A stretch of 64,000 bases of DNA from the human T2T-CHM13v2.0 reference genome, Homo sapiens: assembly GCF_009914755.1 (NCBI RefSeq), contig NC_060947.1; one strand, written 5' to 3'. Numbering within the stretch: the first letter of the stretch is position 1; every line of letters starts with the position of its first letter. Below, piece after piece: positions 46,189 to 63,351 of the stretch. A model generated the notes under the pieces. That model ran no database searches and was not told the origin of the DNA. It worked only from the letters and a program-made list of their open reading frames with translations. The position numbers were made by a program, and so were the translations under genes.

Positions 46189-47908
46189 TGCCAAATATTC
46201 AGTTTAATCTGAATTCCTAAATTTCTGTTAAAATATTTGACAATGGAAGCTTTGACTGGTGTGAGGTCAGTTGATAAACAGATAACTGGGGGCAAAGGTT
46301 CACTTTGGGGAAGTCTCTAGATGGGGTTGAGCAGACTAAAGGACTTCAGTCAGCTAGAAATCATCATGAGGGCACTCAACGCATGAAGGTGGAAGAAAGG
46401 AGATAACAGATGGTAGGAAAGATAAAAAGGAAAAGGAGGCAGGAGAATGCTCATGTCAGTCTTCACTTTGGCATTTGATTTAGGTTTTGGTAGCAGCTTT
46501 TACCACCCAAGGATGGCTCACCACTGTGGGCTCTCAGTGCCCAGCAGCATACATAACAAGAAGTATGGCCGCCTAAACACAGAGTCACAAGACCTTCACC
46601 CTGTAAAGGGTGAACACAGGTACTTTGCTATTTAAATAGATGTGACATTGGTTTGGCTATATTTCACAGATTAGAGCTTTTAATATGACACACATAAATT
46701 TGTGTTTAAATTATTAAACACTACACCTAAAATGTCAAAAAGCACAGTTAACGCTGAGCAATACGAGGTGCTATTTAAGTGATATCAGGATTGCATTAGG
46801 TTTTTTTTCTAGTTTGGAAGCAGTAAGTGAGAAAACATTGAAGAAAGCCATTATATTGTGGGTTTTCTTTGAATCACTTAAACATCTGGAATATGTTCTC
46901 CATGAAAGAGCAAACCAAGTCTAATTTTATTATGACTAGTTTCTCACAGGCAGAATTTTCAGTTCATTAAATGTTGTCTGATTATAGATACAAAAGTACT
47001 GATTTAGAATGATAGGTAAGTCTGATATAATAAGTTTTTCTTCATATAAAATTAAATTGCCTGTCATATCTTTGCTTATCTTTATGTAGCTAAGGATTTG
47101 TTCAAATACACATTTAAAATTATAGTCATCTACTACTTTTCTAAGAAAATAAAGGAATTGTCTATTAACAAGGGAATCTTATTTTTGAGGGAGGAATTTT
47201 GACTTGACAGTTAAGAGAACATTCCTACTGCAAAGCACAGAAGGTCAGTTGGAAAGACTAGAAAGAGTAAATTGAGGGAATTCTGCTTGGAGGGGTTTTA
47301 TTTCCTCTGTGAAGTAGGAATCAACAGACCTGGCATAGTCTGCAGTGCCTGGCATAGCGTGCAGTGCCTGGTGTGCAATGAATAGTCACTGAATGAAAAC
47401 ATGAATTAAGGGTAAGTGGGAACATTTGAATTAATCGTAATAGAGACTGTGAGAGGGAGTTGACCTAAGAGATGTAATGAGGTTGGCAAACAGTGTTGAG
47501 GGCCCACTTGAGGATGAGGTTCAACATTTTTTAGCAGAACCAATCTGCCTGACTTTCTCATTTTCTCCAACAGTGTTGCATGTAAGCATGGGGAAAACAG
47601 TTGATCCAGGTTTGGGGTTTCGTCAGATGACTGTGGCTCACACATTTAGGGATAAGGGAGTTTCGATATTAGCCAGGATGTAATTGAAAAAATATACTGT
47701 GGAATCTAAACTGGATTAGGAGGAAAGCAAAGCAAAATGAAGCTTGTAGATGGAGAGAAAGTAGAGGGGTCAGTTGTAGAAGTCCAGGATAATCCATAAA
47801 AGGCCACAGCAGGAGTAGCTGCACAAACAAGCGACAGAGAGGGGAGACTCTGGGATGCTCAGATTAGCTCTACTGGATTTGCCACTTATGAGTTTATTTA
47901 TAAATGGT

Positions 47909-47910
<2 letters not shown>

Positions 47911-47950
<40 letters not shown>

Positions 47951-47996
47951 TAGATAGATAGATAGAAATCTGGCTATATATATATAAATATATATA
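47911..47996. repeat. (TA)n(GATA)n microsatellite
   Basis: Seen directly. Confidence 0.95.
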
Positions 47997-49207
47997 GTGC
48001 TACTCAGTGTTTGAAAAACTTCCCTTCTTAGGGATATTAAATATTCCTCCTAAAATCTTAACCTGCTAACTCATAGACGTCCTATCTCACTTACTAGGAA
48101 TTCAAAATTACTAGGTTCCAAAAATGAAGTGTTATTCTTGGGCTACATACACGTGCAGAGAAATTTATGTTACAAATATTACTTAAGTAGGGACTAATGG
48201 CATTGCTGTCTACCATGAATCCTTGTCAAACAAATGTTTGTTAACCAAGACTCTTGGAAAACAGCCTAAAAAGAGGAGGTGCTAGGAAAGAAAAGTCCCA
48301 GCATTCTTCATGCTGAGCTAGTCATGAGAAGGCAAGGATGAGCAATTAGAAATCATGTCCTATAAATACTGGTGTTTAGTACTTATTCCGGGGCTCTTCC
48401 TCGTGGTTCAGGGAAGCCCTCACAGAATGCAATTACCCGGGAATTGGCAGCAGGTACAGCCCAGCTATGTTTTGCAGCTCCTGCATTTCTCAGCAGATAT
48501 ATCATCCTCATGGGGCCAAGAGAGTCAAGGACTGTATCTTGCTTTTTCCAGAGGATCAGAGGCCTACTGGAATCTCTCAAATACCTGGGCGGAATGAGCT
48601 ACTCAAATGCTGTTGAAACAATTAAAAAGAAACACAAGTTGAGCTGTAAGCAAGCCCTTCATGAAATGTATCAGGCTCAGAGACTTCCATCATTATCTGT
48701 AATTTTTGACTTTTCATTCTGGTTGGTTCCCTGACTGCTCTGATGCCCAGAATGTAGGTACAGCTTTTCTTTCAGATACCTACTGCCTTCAGCCAGGTTT
48801 AAGAGAAGCAGAGTCTGAGTGCTCTTAAGAAAAAGGGAGTGAGAGAAGCAGGAAGACAGGGCAAGAAAGTTAAGTTGGGATGTGGTATGGGCTGGAGACC
48901 AGCATCAATCTGGCCCCATGGGAATTCCCAGATCACAAATTGTACAACAGCAGGTGCCATGATGAGGCAAAGGGGTTTTCCCTTTGTACCCCTGGTGGTT
49001 TTAAGAGAGAAGGTGTGGTGGGACATGCCAGTCAAGGTGGCTTCCTTTTGGCTGAGGGAGGTTCTCTGGAAAGGGGTGAAACCATGAGGCTTTAGCAGCT
49101 AATACTCAGAGTCACTGAGGAATGGGTGCACCAACCCAGTGAACGAATCTGACTGGGGCACCAACAGCATCCATTACTTAGATTAACTTCATCTGCTTTC
49201 CCAATAG

Positions 49208-49730
<523 letters not shown>

Positions 49731-50451
49731 TGCAGGAGACTTCTTAAGTGAATTTTCATTACTAACACTATGGGGCTATTTCATAGCTCTCCAACAAAAC
49801 TGGGATTGTCACCCTTTCTCGAAAGTTGAGTCCCTCATTTCTGCCAAATTCTGAGGGACTGTGTGGAGCTAAGACAAAGGGGATACTTTGCAGACTGAGC
49901 GAATACAACCCTCTGCCTTTAGTATCACTTATGCTTCTGGTAGAGACATTCTCGACAATAAATTATGCCATTGAAACGTACTTTAAAAAAAAAAAAGGGA
50001 TGTGATTGCATTTTTTTCCAGCAACAGTTTTTATTGTGATAGCCTGAAGGCAAAATATTATGCAGTTTCTTTTCGTTGTCTCCTTCCGTTCAGTTTTCAG
50101 GGCAATTCTTGTAAACTTTCATATTTGGGCATGATCACTTTTGACGAGTAAACTGAATAACAATATAAATAATGAAACAGACTCAGAACTAATGGCCTAG
50201 ATTTAGCATAATCAGAAACACTTAAGAAAGGTTAAAGTCAAAAAAAAGATCTTGGGAAAACAATATTAAGTTTGTAGGCATGAAGAAATTTAGGGCTTTT
50301 ATTTCCCAAGCGATTATCAGTAATTATATTTTAACTATGGTTTCTTCTCAGACTCAACACGCTTCCAAATTTGTGACATTAAAAAAATAGCAATTAACTG
50401 CTCTGTGTTTTCCATAAAGAATCCACATCTTTTTATAAAAAACAATCTCAA

Positions 50452-50840
<389 letters not shown>

Positions 50841-51069
50841 TCATAATTCTTCATCTTTTAGGACATGGCTTTCTATGAAGCTTGTAACTCCAATGTTCTT
50901 ATAATAAAAGCCGAATTATATCTTGGCCATATTAACAGTGTCTATCTTCTTTCTTTTCTGGGTGCTCACATTTCCTTCATGTATAAAATTTGGAAATGAG
51001 GAACAGGGAAGTATTGACCACAAAGGAAAAGTTTTTATTTTTAAGAACAAGTTGAACATAGCAGGAGCA

Positions 51070-51795
<726 letters not shown>

Positions 51796-52295
51796 ATAAG
51801 TACAATTTGTAAAAGAAGAAACTTGAACAAATTTTATTAATTTCCTTGGGAAAATGTTTCTATAATCCTAACTGCAACTGCCAGTTATCTCCCCTTTATA
51901 GACAAAAAACAAGCAAAAAAAAAAAAAAAAAAAAAAAAAAACCACAAAATACTTCAAGCTTTCCAATGACACAATTAAAACAAATAAAAAGATAGTTCAT
52001 GAGTGTTTCACAGAGGCTAAATACAAAATATACACAATTAACACAAAAAGGCTTTTAATGAGCACAAATAAGTCATTTAAGCAGGTCATGCTTTAGGTTG
52101 CTAAGGAAACAGAAAAAATACCAATATTTTCTGTCTGAAAAATTTTAATTATATGTGACAAAATGAAGCAAAATGGCAGTTAATGAAACCTATTAACTTC
52201 CTTAAAAGTAAGTAATAATCCATAAACCATTAAAATATCAACCATGAGGATGTTTATCTTCAAATTCAGAAGTTACTTCAGACAGATGAAGTTTT

Positions 52296-52588
<293 letters not shown>

Positions 52589-52714
52589 GAAGTTTTACAT
52601 TTAACAAGTTTTTGGGCTTGCAATCATTTCTTGGTCTGAGCCACATGTGTTAACCACCATTGTCCCTGAATGGGCCCTCTCCCTCCCCTAAATAGCTCAA
52701 AACATCAGTCTAAG

Positions 52715-53610
<896 letters not shown>

Positions 53611-54982
53611 GAACAAGCAGTCAAGAGAATTAGGCACTTCTGTACTAATTACTAATACTTCAGACCAATAGCTATTGTCAGACTGCTTCGTAAACAGTTT
53701 CTCACAGAAACCTGACATAGAGTTCCTAAATAAGAGAAAGCTACCCATTTTCCTTATCCCATATCTGAATTATTTATATCTATCACTTGATTTATATTGG
53801 AGCATTTGCTAATTTCTGAAGCATCTCTCATTCTTTGGGCAAGAATATAACATTTCAGTTTTTGGTCTCTACCAGGGATTTTTAAAATAAAAATGGAGTG
53901 AGTGGGAAAAAAAGAGGAAGTAGCCTATTCAAGGAAAATATATTCTGCTTGGTGGTGGTGGCACAAGTTAGTGCATCTTTTGGAGGGCATTTTAACAACA
54001 CTGAATAAAAGCATTAAAAATATTTACATATGAAAAGACTAGAAGACTACAAACCAACTGAAATCCAGCCTGGGCTCTACTACCAAATTGGTTAGGCTTG
54101 GCATAGGACCGGGGATCTCTTCAAAAACACAGTGCCTTTTTCTTCTTTGCCCAAAGAGGCCCTTGCAGGGATTGGGATTATAGATGCTGGGGCTGAGATT
54201 ACAGATGATCCCTCTCTCTCTCTCTCTCTCTCTCCCTGCCTCCCTAATTTTTGGGCTTTTCCACTAAAGAAAAGTTACTTAAATAATGATATGAACTAAG
54301 AAGTCATCAAATATTAGACTGTAACGAAGTTCATTTACAAATATTTTCCACTTGTGTAGAAAAGGGATAGTAACATGCATACTTTAGGGCTGTTACAAAG
54401 ATGGATGAGAAGTTTAGGCATATTTCTCCTTCTTTTAGTTCACATATAGTCACACAAGTTCCTATTCAGGCTAGTCCAGGGAGACTCTGCAAAGCAGTAG
54501 GTAATAAGTTCATCCATGAGAGAGTCACAGACTAAGATCCTTTGCCGGGTAGCTACCTTTTTGGAGCTGATTTCTCACATCGCCCCAGGGGCAACCTCTA
54601 TCATGTAGCCTTATAAACGTCTCCTCGAACTAGACATTGGAAAGTAGGTACATGAAACTGATAAAGAGGAAGCATAGTGTGGGGAAGAAAGATATGTGTT
54701 CAGAACTTGAACAAAGGGTAAGAGGTAGGAAAGTTTAATGTGTGTCTGAGGAAAAGCAAATAGCCTTTAATAACTTAAAATATGAAGTACAGGGCAGCTG
54801 TAAAAGATGAATCATGGGTGTTTTCTGGGATCAAGATTGTGGTGGGTCTTGAATGAGGTGGCCTTTACAATGTAGAATGAAGATGTCCACAAAACGGGAA
54901 TGGCATTTTCTCGGCAACTCTTAGATTTAATTACTACTCACTTGAAAACACTTACTTTATATCCACTAGATACTGTGCCCAC

Positions 54983-54987
<5 letters not shown>

Positions 54988-55042
<55 letters not shown>
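54988..55042. repeat. (TG)20(TA)n microsatellite
   Basis: Seen directly. Confidence 0.97.
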
Positions 55043-58000
55043 TATATACCTATCATCCACTGGAAAAATGGAAGTCTCAACACACTCACAATCATTAGCA
55101 GAGGTACACAATTTAATGGGTCATTAAAAAAAATGCAATCCATATTATGAGAAGTTGAGTCATAGGGGTTTGGAAGGTGCAGAGAAAGATGCTGATGGAG
55201 GGGAAGAGAGACCTCCTGAGTAGATAAGGTGACTGAAATCATTCACAGAGGGGAACACTAGAAGAGGCATGTTCCTCTGGACATGAAATAGTCACCTGGA
55301 AAATCTCAAGTAGATCAGTATAACTTGTGGTCATTGTGGAAAGGAGAAGAGACACAGAGTGTTTGTATGCAGAGACAAGAAGTAACAATGGCCAGAAATA
55401 AGCTGGTGGCAAATGGAGCAAATTATTTGCAAAATAATTTTTAAGGGTCACGCTATCTAAAAGATAGCATTTTGCCCTATGCTTTTGCACAAATTTGTTT
55501 ATTCATTTATTCCAAAAACTATTATTGGGTACCTATTATATGCCAGGGAATGTTCTAGGCACTGGAAATACAGCGTAAGATAGACCAAGTCTCTGTAATC
55601 ATGCAGCTTAAGGCTAATGGATATCATTTCATTTAAATGATGACTATTAATAACTAGGCTTATAAAGAAGCAAATTCCAAGCCAAAATATATCATGGCTA
55701 TAAAATACAATTTTTGACCAAGAAAATGCAGGACAAAGTATAATATTGCAGATAGCAGTCTCAAAGAGATTCTGTTTTCACTTATTAAAGCAAATTAAGC
55801 TACCTCTGCATGTCTGAATAATGATTAATAGAGGAATCTAGAATTGTGAGTTACCCGTGCAATATGCTGTACCTGGTTTGCTTTATATGGAGCACATTTA
55901 TTTAGTTTTGGTTCTAGGGGGAAGGCACTCACTACTGAAACAAAATGGATTTTTACTGATTTGATTTTTCATTCAATATATTATTAACTTAGAAATACTA
56001 AGGCAGAAATGAACCAAAGATTAATACAAATTTTTAAGAGCAGTGATAAAAATAATACACAGAAGAGGGCTAAAAAGGATTGCAAAAACGTCCTTTAATA
56101 TCCAATTTTACTTTCAGATTATTGTAGTTCCTAAATGTAATTAATGTTTTTAGCCTTTCTAAAATGGTCTTATTTCTTGCAAACAAAATAAAAAAGCAGG
56201 ATGTTCAACTACTTAAAGTCAAACGAAAGGAACAGAAAACGAATTTTCTTCATTAAAATCTATGCAACATCATAATGGTTCATCTTCTTTTCATCATATT
56301 CTGAGGCTGAAAAGAAAGTCTTATGTATTCATTTCTGAGCAATGTGGGCCCTCTGGACACATTATTAGTTGTTATTTTTACTTCTGTGAATACATGAGGT
56401 TGTGAAAAGTCTAGCTTCTTGAGTCAAGAGTTTATTCAGTTTGTCATTTTTCTCACCATAAAATTGATATTTTCAAGATATTATTCTGATTTTTATGATC
56501 ACATCTTAAGGTAATATCTAAATTCATATCCTGTAATAGTCTGTTATGACAACTGCTATCATGATAATGTCCAGTTAAGTACATGCAAATGATGAATAAA
56601 TTACTACTTACACAAATGAGTCTAAGTGTCAAGCTGTCTAAACAACGTTCTCAGATGTGATTTCCAAAAAAAAAAAAAAAAAAAAATCACTCATTGGCCA
56701 AATCTACCCTTTAGAAAAAGTGATTGATATTCAACTAACAGATATATTTAATAGTAATAGACTTTTTTCTTTTTCAAAATAGGAGTATGATTTAGTGCCC
56801 TCAAAAATCTGTGGGGGTGATGCTGCATTGATTATCTAAAGGAGAATACAATTTCAGTAGGAAAAAGAGTTCAAAACTCTTTTTAAAATAATCTTTTCAC
56901 TAATAATTCAGTAATTTTAGATTCAAAGTGGGTCAGATTTCACCAAGACCCCTCTTGCATACAACAATCAACCCCAAACCCTAGGCAGTTTTATAGGAGA
57001 AACGACTTTGCAAATGTCTTCCTTCAACCTTTATACAAAAAAAAAATTGAGATGGTTCCAAAGGTAATATTTTATTCACAGCATAAGCCAACGGAGTAAT
57101 TTATGCTCATTTGTTTAGCCTGTATTTCTTTTAACCTTATGCTTTATTGGATGCACAAAAGTCACCCTGATATTGGATAACCTTTGTGGAGATTCTAGTA
57201 TATTGGGTTTGTGAAAGTCTAAAACAATGGACCATTCTCTCCCTTGCTTTAGCCCCATCCCTGCTAGAAACATGTGAAGACCAAAAACCAACTGGCAAGC
57301 AGAAGGTGAAGCAGGTAAAATGCCGTTGCATACAGTCTGCTTGCTTGGGGGCAGATAAGAAACTTAAATCACAGGTCAGTTAAATGGGTATTATTTAATA
57401 AGACCTAATAGGCTTTAGGTTCACAACAATGGATAGATCTCAAAATGGGTTACAATGTTTTAAGAGTAGGAAAAAAGTAAATGAAAGGAAACTCAGCAGT
57501 AGTTTATCATTGGTTCTAAAAAAAACACATCAATGTATTGCCAAAGACTCTCATTCACTTTTGTTTCTACTTAATTCCTGTACTTCGGCATATATTGCCA
57601 ATAAATTGACTTCACTCTGTTCACTAACTTGCTTATGCCGTGTTAAGATCATGATGATAGAATGTGAATATTTGATAGGGAAAAGTTCTAAATGAGTCAT
57701 TTGAGTCTATAATGATGCATAATCCCGGAAAACCAAACTTCTAAAAATAAGTGTGTTTCGAAACAGGACTGGCAGGTTCTTAACTTTATGAAGAAAAAAA
57801 ATTACCATAAAAATCAATTCCTTAAAAGAAAATAGAAATCTGTCTTAGTGTTAGATCCTCCAGCCTCATTCTGGTTAAGAGAATTTGGCGTTTCAGGGCT
57901 GAGCACACTGTGGAAACTTAATAAATATTGAGGTTTACAAACAAAAAGCATAACAATGATATGTGGACCAATTTTCAACAACACTGAAAATCAATGTGCC

Positions 58001-58658
58001 CTTACTCTGCCTAATTCAGTTAACTCAATTATTTAATGTACACTTGATTTGAGTGGGTTTGACCATAGCTATTTCCATTTTCCATTGAACATTAATCAAA
58101 TTGCTTCTAATGTAAAATTTCATTTTTTCTCATCCTTCTCCTCTCCCAGATTCTAGGATAAGGGAAAAGTTTAAGTTTCATGTCTCTTGTTTAAAGTTAA
58201 AAGCAAATTTTAAGACATCTGTTTCCATTAGTTTATCCCATAATTCTCTTTTCATATACCACTCACCCTATACCACAACCATGAACTTTTTCACAGATAT
58301 TTAATACATTGTTTTTTGCACCATTTTGGGAAAAATCCTCCTTCCTCAACCACTTCAGCTAAGACTCTTTTCTACTTTCTCCCAGTTGATCCCACATCAT
58401 CTCTATTTCATCTCTATTTCACCTCATCTCTATTTCTATACACAAAAATATACCCTCCCCCTGAACACAGAGCCTCAAGGGGTGGACAAAGTAAGTTATA
58501 AAATGTAGGCACTCCTGGAGAAGCTGTTAGCTATTCATATCTAGCAAGTAGATTTTACTTAAAAAGTGTTGACTGATCCCAACTATTTTTAATATCCTAG
58601 ATTCAGAAACTCTATAAAGTACTATTTTATCATCAGTATGTTTGGTAGAAAAGTGTAA

Positions 58659-59033
<375 letters not shown>

Positions 59034-59439
59034 TGACTAAATATTTTTAACGTTAAAAATTAATACTGGGAAGGCAAGTTATGCTGTTGGTCATCTGAAG
59101 CAACCCCAAAATTGTACCAGTGTCATTAAAATACCAACAGGAAAAAATGAAATAAACCACCGTCAAAGTCTTCCACAAGTGAGATTTAGAAAAGAAGCCA
59201 TTTATTCATTTCAAGGTTCCTAAGCGAAACAATGCTCCCTATGATGCTCCCATATCTAAACTATTAATCAATCCAACAAGAGGCTGTGTGCCTGCATTCA
59301 TTTTTAAACTAAATCTTCTGGATATTGATAAATATAAAAGAAATAATAAATGATATATTTATTACTTGTAATTGAAGAAACGCTAACACTACACAAAATA
59401 TGTCTTCAGGTACATACACAGTAGCTTTACTATGGAATA

Positions 59440-59622
59440 TTGGTTCTCAGAATGTATCTCTGAACCAGCAGCATCATGAACACCTGGGAACAAGTTGGGA
59501 CTTCTTAGCCTTGCCCCAGACATTTTGAATCAGGAACTCTGGGGAAGGGGTTCACCAACCTGAGTTTCTACAAGCCCTCCAGGTGATTCTGATGTATGCT
59601 GAGGTGAGAACCATTGCCACTG
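59440..59622. mobile_element. MER5A
   Basis: tggttctcagaatg...accagcagcatc...caagccctccaggtgattctgatg...gagaaccattg. Confidence 0.85.
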
Positions 59623-60121
59623 AAAATTCTTGACATTCTCAATGATGTCTGGACATGTCTGAATGCCTAGACATTTACAGATTCCATAACTATAAAGCCA
59701 AACTCACTTATGAGGCCATTTTCTTACTAATAGTGATCACTTTCTTAGACTTTTTCATTCATTAACTCTTCTCTTCCATCACTAATTCTGATGAACAGCT
59801 ATCAAGCTATTCATGGTAGGGTGGAGGGTAGGTGGATTTTCCATAAAGAAACAAAATTCTCATTATTTATAAAGAATTACTGTACATGCAAAAACAAAAC
59901 AGCATTAAAAAAAGCCAAGTTGAATATGAAGAGTGAGTGGATTACTAGGTTTACTTATTAGTTGCAGGGGACACTTTACCTAACCTGGGCATCCATCCTT
60001 CAGCTGCTGTGATGGTTGACTATTAATGTCTTATAGCTACCTGCCTTCTCCACATGTGACCTCTGCTTATGGGAGCCCCCTAGCCCAGGAAGTAACCCAT
60101 ATCCCAGGAGTGGACCACAGC

Positions 60122-60312
60122 CAGTGGTGTGCTGCAGCAGAGCCCAAGAGCCAATTGTGTGCATCTCCTCCCAATTCCATACTCAGTGGCATTATGTCGG
60201 TAGCTGGAGATCAGTGGTAGAGGGAGTATTTACACCACGAAAACTGGTTTTGATACACACCAGGATTCATCCCACCTCAGAGCTAGTCGACAAATATTTG
60301 CCAGCACTTCAG
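60122..60312. mobile_element. MER63-like hAT MITE
   Basis: Termini cagtggtgtgctg and ttgccagcacttcag; internal gggagtatttacaccacg. Confidence 0.6.
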
Positions 60313-60348
60313 TGACACAGACAATGACTGGTATAAAGGCACAACTCC

Positions 60349-60645
60349 GGCTCGGTGTTGTGGCTTACGCCTGTAATCCCAGCACTTTGGGAGGCTGAGG
60401 TGGGCAGATCACCTGAGGTCAGGAGTTCAAGACCAGCCTGACTAACATGGTGAAACCCCATCTCTACTAAAAACACAAAAATTAGCCAGGCGTGGCGGTG
60501 CATGCCTGTAATCCCAGCTACTCAGGAGGCTGAGGCAGGAGAATCACTTGAACCTGGGAGGCGGAGGTTGCAGTGAGCTGAGATTGCACTCCAGCCTGGG
60601 CAACAAGAGCGAAACTCCATCTCAAAAAAATAAAATAAAATAAAG
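60349..60645 (+). mobile_element. Alu (AluSp/Sq-like)
   Basis: Forward Alu; flanks (g/t)acaactcc-like on both sides. Confidence 0.95.
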
Positions 60646-63351
60646 AGTACAACTCCACAGCGAGGTTTCTGCTCGAGGGCTTGCTCTCTCTCTGGATCAG
60701 ACACAATGTGAGGTTTCACCTGAAATGGCATACTTGCTGGGCTCTTTCTTCTCCTGTATTGTTTCCCTAACTCCAATACAGGCTTCTCCTGAGAGCAGAC
60801 CCTCTATAAATCACAGGCACCTAGACCCCTGTTCTCAGGGTCTGCGTTCATGGAACCTGACTTAAAATGCCATTTAACTCATTAGTTAAGTGACTATGCA
60901 CAAAAGCTTGAAATAATACATGTTCAAAATTAAGAGCTGCTAGTCATGGAACTTTGGATCACAATAATCAGATGAACCTGCAAAAGATAAATTTGAAATA
61001 GCAAGGGTCTGCTCTTTTTGTCTGTGTACATAAAAGACAGAAGTTGATGGAAAAAGATAAAGCCTGCAAAAACTGGGCAATCCTTTATACTGTGATTCTC
61101 AACTTACGCTTTCATGTCCATAGGTGAATGTGCTGAAAGATTCCTTACTTCAGAATTTGAAGAAAAAGCATCTTCATATTAAAACATGATGAATCCATTA
61201 TGGAAAATACCATAAAATTGATGTGAGATTTAAAAAATAAAACAAGAACATCAAAGAAATTTCATGCTCATGGAAAAAGGAGATAGGTAAGTGGAAGCGG
61301 GAGATGTCAGGCTATGTCTTCTATGCTGTTAAGATAACTGAAGTAAATAAGTTTAAGAATCACTGCTCTCGGAAGATGCTTTTAAATAGAAAAACCTGCA
61401 GTAAGTGTAAACTATAACTAAAAATATTATTTTAACATGAAAAAATCTTATTATGAAAAAGTTCTTTCTTAGGCCCCATTAAAATGAGAGAGACATTAGT
61501 ATCACAGACACAACTGTTCCCATAATACCCAGAAAACTGATTTACCAAGAAAAATTATTCAATGCCATTACTTAACTTAGTTAATTTCAGGTTGTGTAAG
61601 GCATAATACTGGTGTCAATGCTAACTGTTAAATTTTGAAAATTGTAATTGTCAAGCATGACAGGAAGAAGCGAACTCCTTGGGTTATTTGATCTTAAAGC
61701 ATTTCCTGTTTTACTGAACGGTAGGAGAGTAACAGAATTGTGAACTTTATTCTTGTCACAACTTTGGTAGATGTCAAAAAATAATTAAAAATATATATTG
61801 GCTGTGTGATTCCATTTTCTTAGGAAATATGGAATTTCAGTTAAATAAATAACTCACATTTTAGCACTGTTTCTAGTTAATGTGGTACATGCACATGTAT
61901 ACACAAGCTAATACAAATTCTTGCTCCCTCAGCTTGGTGCTAAATAATAATATTCCCAGGAAAACTAAGATGCCATCTATACAACTCTCAATATAATTTT
62001 TGTTTTTGAAATAAATTAAATGTTCACACTCTATAATGAGATCAGACTTCTCTGGGTATAGGTTTCAATCATATCATGAATTAATGAATGAGTGCATTTG
62101 TATATCCTCTAATACTGAGAGTATATTACTTAAGTTTTTTGAATAATCTTTTATTACCCGAGACTCTTGAGGAATAGTATTTCTAGTTATTACCCACCAC
62201 AAACAAAGCTTTCAGAAAATCCTAGCAAACAGGATTGGCATATTATAGGATCAGATGTTGATATGGTTGTTTTCAAATAGTAGGAAGGATGGTATTATTT
62301 GGAGAAATTTTTATTATCTGATTAAACACTTCTTGAGTAGAATCAGATGAACTCATTAGCTGAACATTTTGATTACCCGTGTTCTCCTAAATATCCCATG
62401 ACCAGAAGAGTAGCTGTACAACTCTGATTTAATCCAATAACAATAATAACCAATTCTAGCTCCTTCTTTTATCACAGTCCATCAAAATAACACAAAGAAG
62501 TCCAAATTAAAATAAGTTCAATGACAAAAAGAACATGTTCCTTTTCCAACTGTTCTAAAGCCTTTTCCTGTCTTTAAGCAAAGTTCATTCAGTCATTATC
62601 TCATCTATGAAAGTAAAAGCAGAAGGATGTTTCCCTTATTAAATAAATGGCTTTATGCTTTCGATGTGGAAGGCATTTCATAACAGTCAAAAAAGGAAGC
62701 GTTTTGAATGCCATCAACTCATTTCCTCCCACCCACTGTTTTAAATCGTTTGTTTGGTTCCAATGTATACTACACTTACATAAGTTGTTTATGAAGAGCC
62801 AAATTAATAGTCTTTGCAATTGTTTTTGTTGGAATTTGGAGAGCTGACAAGTGAATTAGTAGAAAATGGCAATTCTACATGAATTAGCTTTTAAGTCTCC
62901 CTAAGAGGCTGATGCAGAACTTAATAAGAGACTTATTAGGAGAAGTAGGACAACTTAATTCAGATTGATTATAGACTTCGGTGAAGACAGCTGGGGTTCA
63001 AATGAAACTGAAAAAGAACTTATATGCACTTCAAAGTATGCTAAGCAGATGTCTGAAACAATTACTCCGCTCTGCCTTTTCAGAAGTTTCAAAGGCGGGA
63101 TGGGAATAGCATGGTAAACGAAGGTTCTGTTTGCCTAAGTCGAGGTAGGGGCTTTTAAAACACACACAGCGCTATCTAAAATCAGATGCTTTGGGGAAAG
63201 AAAGTGATTTGACATTGCTGTCCTAAGTAATTTGCTTTTAGCTTTATAAACAAAGCAGGAGATGAGAGGGAATACATGGTAACTAAGTAATAAGCTCTCC
63301 TGGCAACACTAACTTACAATTAATTTCACATTGAATAAATAATTTGGTCAG

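Larger units (their letters stand above)
59960..60868 (+). mobile_element. LTR16-like (ERVL) solo LTR split by a hAT MITE and an Alu
   Basis: cccaggaagt...ggaccacagccagt | ...gcttctcctgagagcagaccctctataaatcac...ctcaggggtctgc...ggaacctgactta. Confidence 0.65.

Noticed and set aside
46628-46639. Palindrome CTATTTAAATAG resembling a MEF2 site
   Set aside because: Does not fit YTA(W)4TAR exactly, and AT-rich palindromes are frequent here.
47329-47371. 19-bp tandem duplication cctggcatag(tc/cg)tgcagtg
   Set aside because: Local duplication in an L2/MIR-like 3' remnant; two copies with no spacers, so not CRISPR-like or functional.
48355-48734. Overlapping 80-120 aa non-Alu ORFs
   Set aside because: No recognisable domain or splice context; length is within chance for a GC-richer patch.
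54165-54260. Alu-like scraps (gggattatagatg / gagattacagatg) beside (CT)n
   Set aside because: Too short and degenerate to call; probably a decayed SINE fragment.
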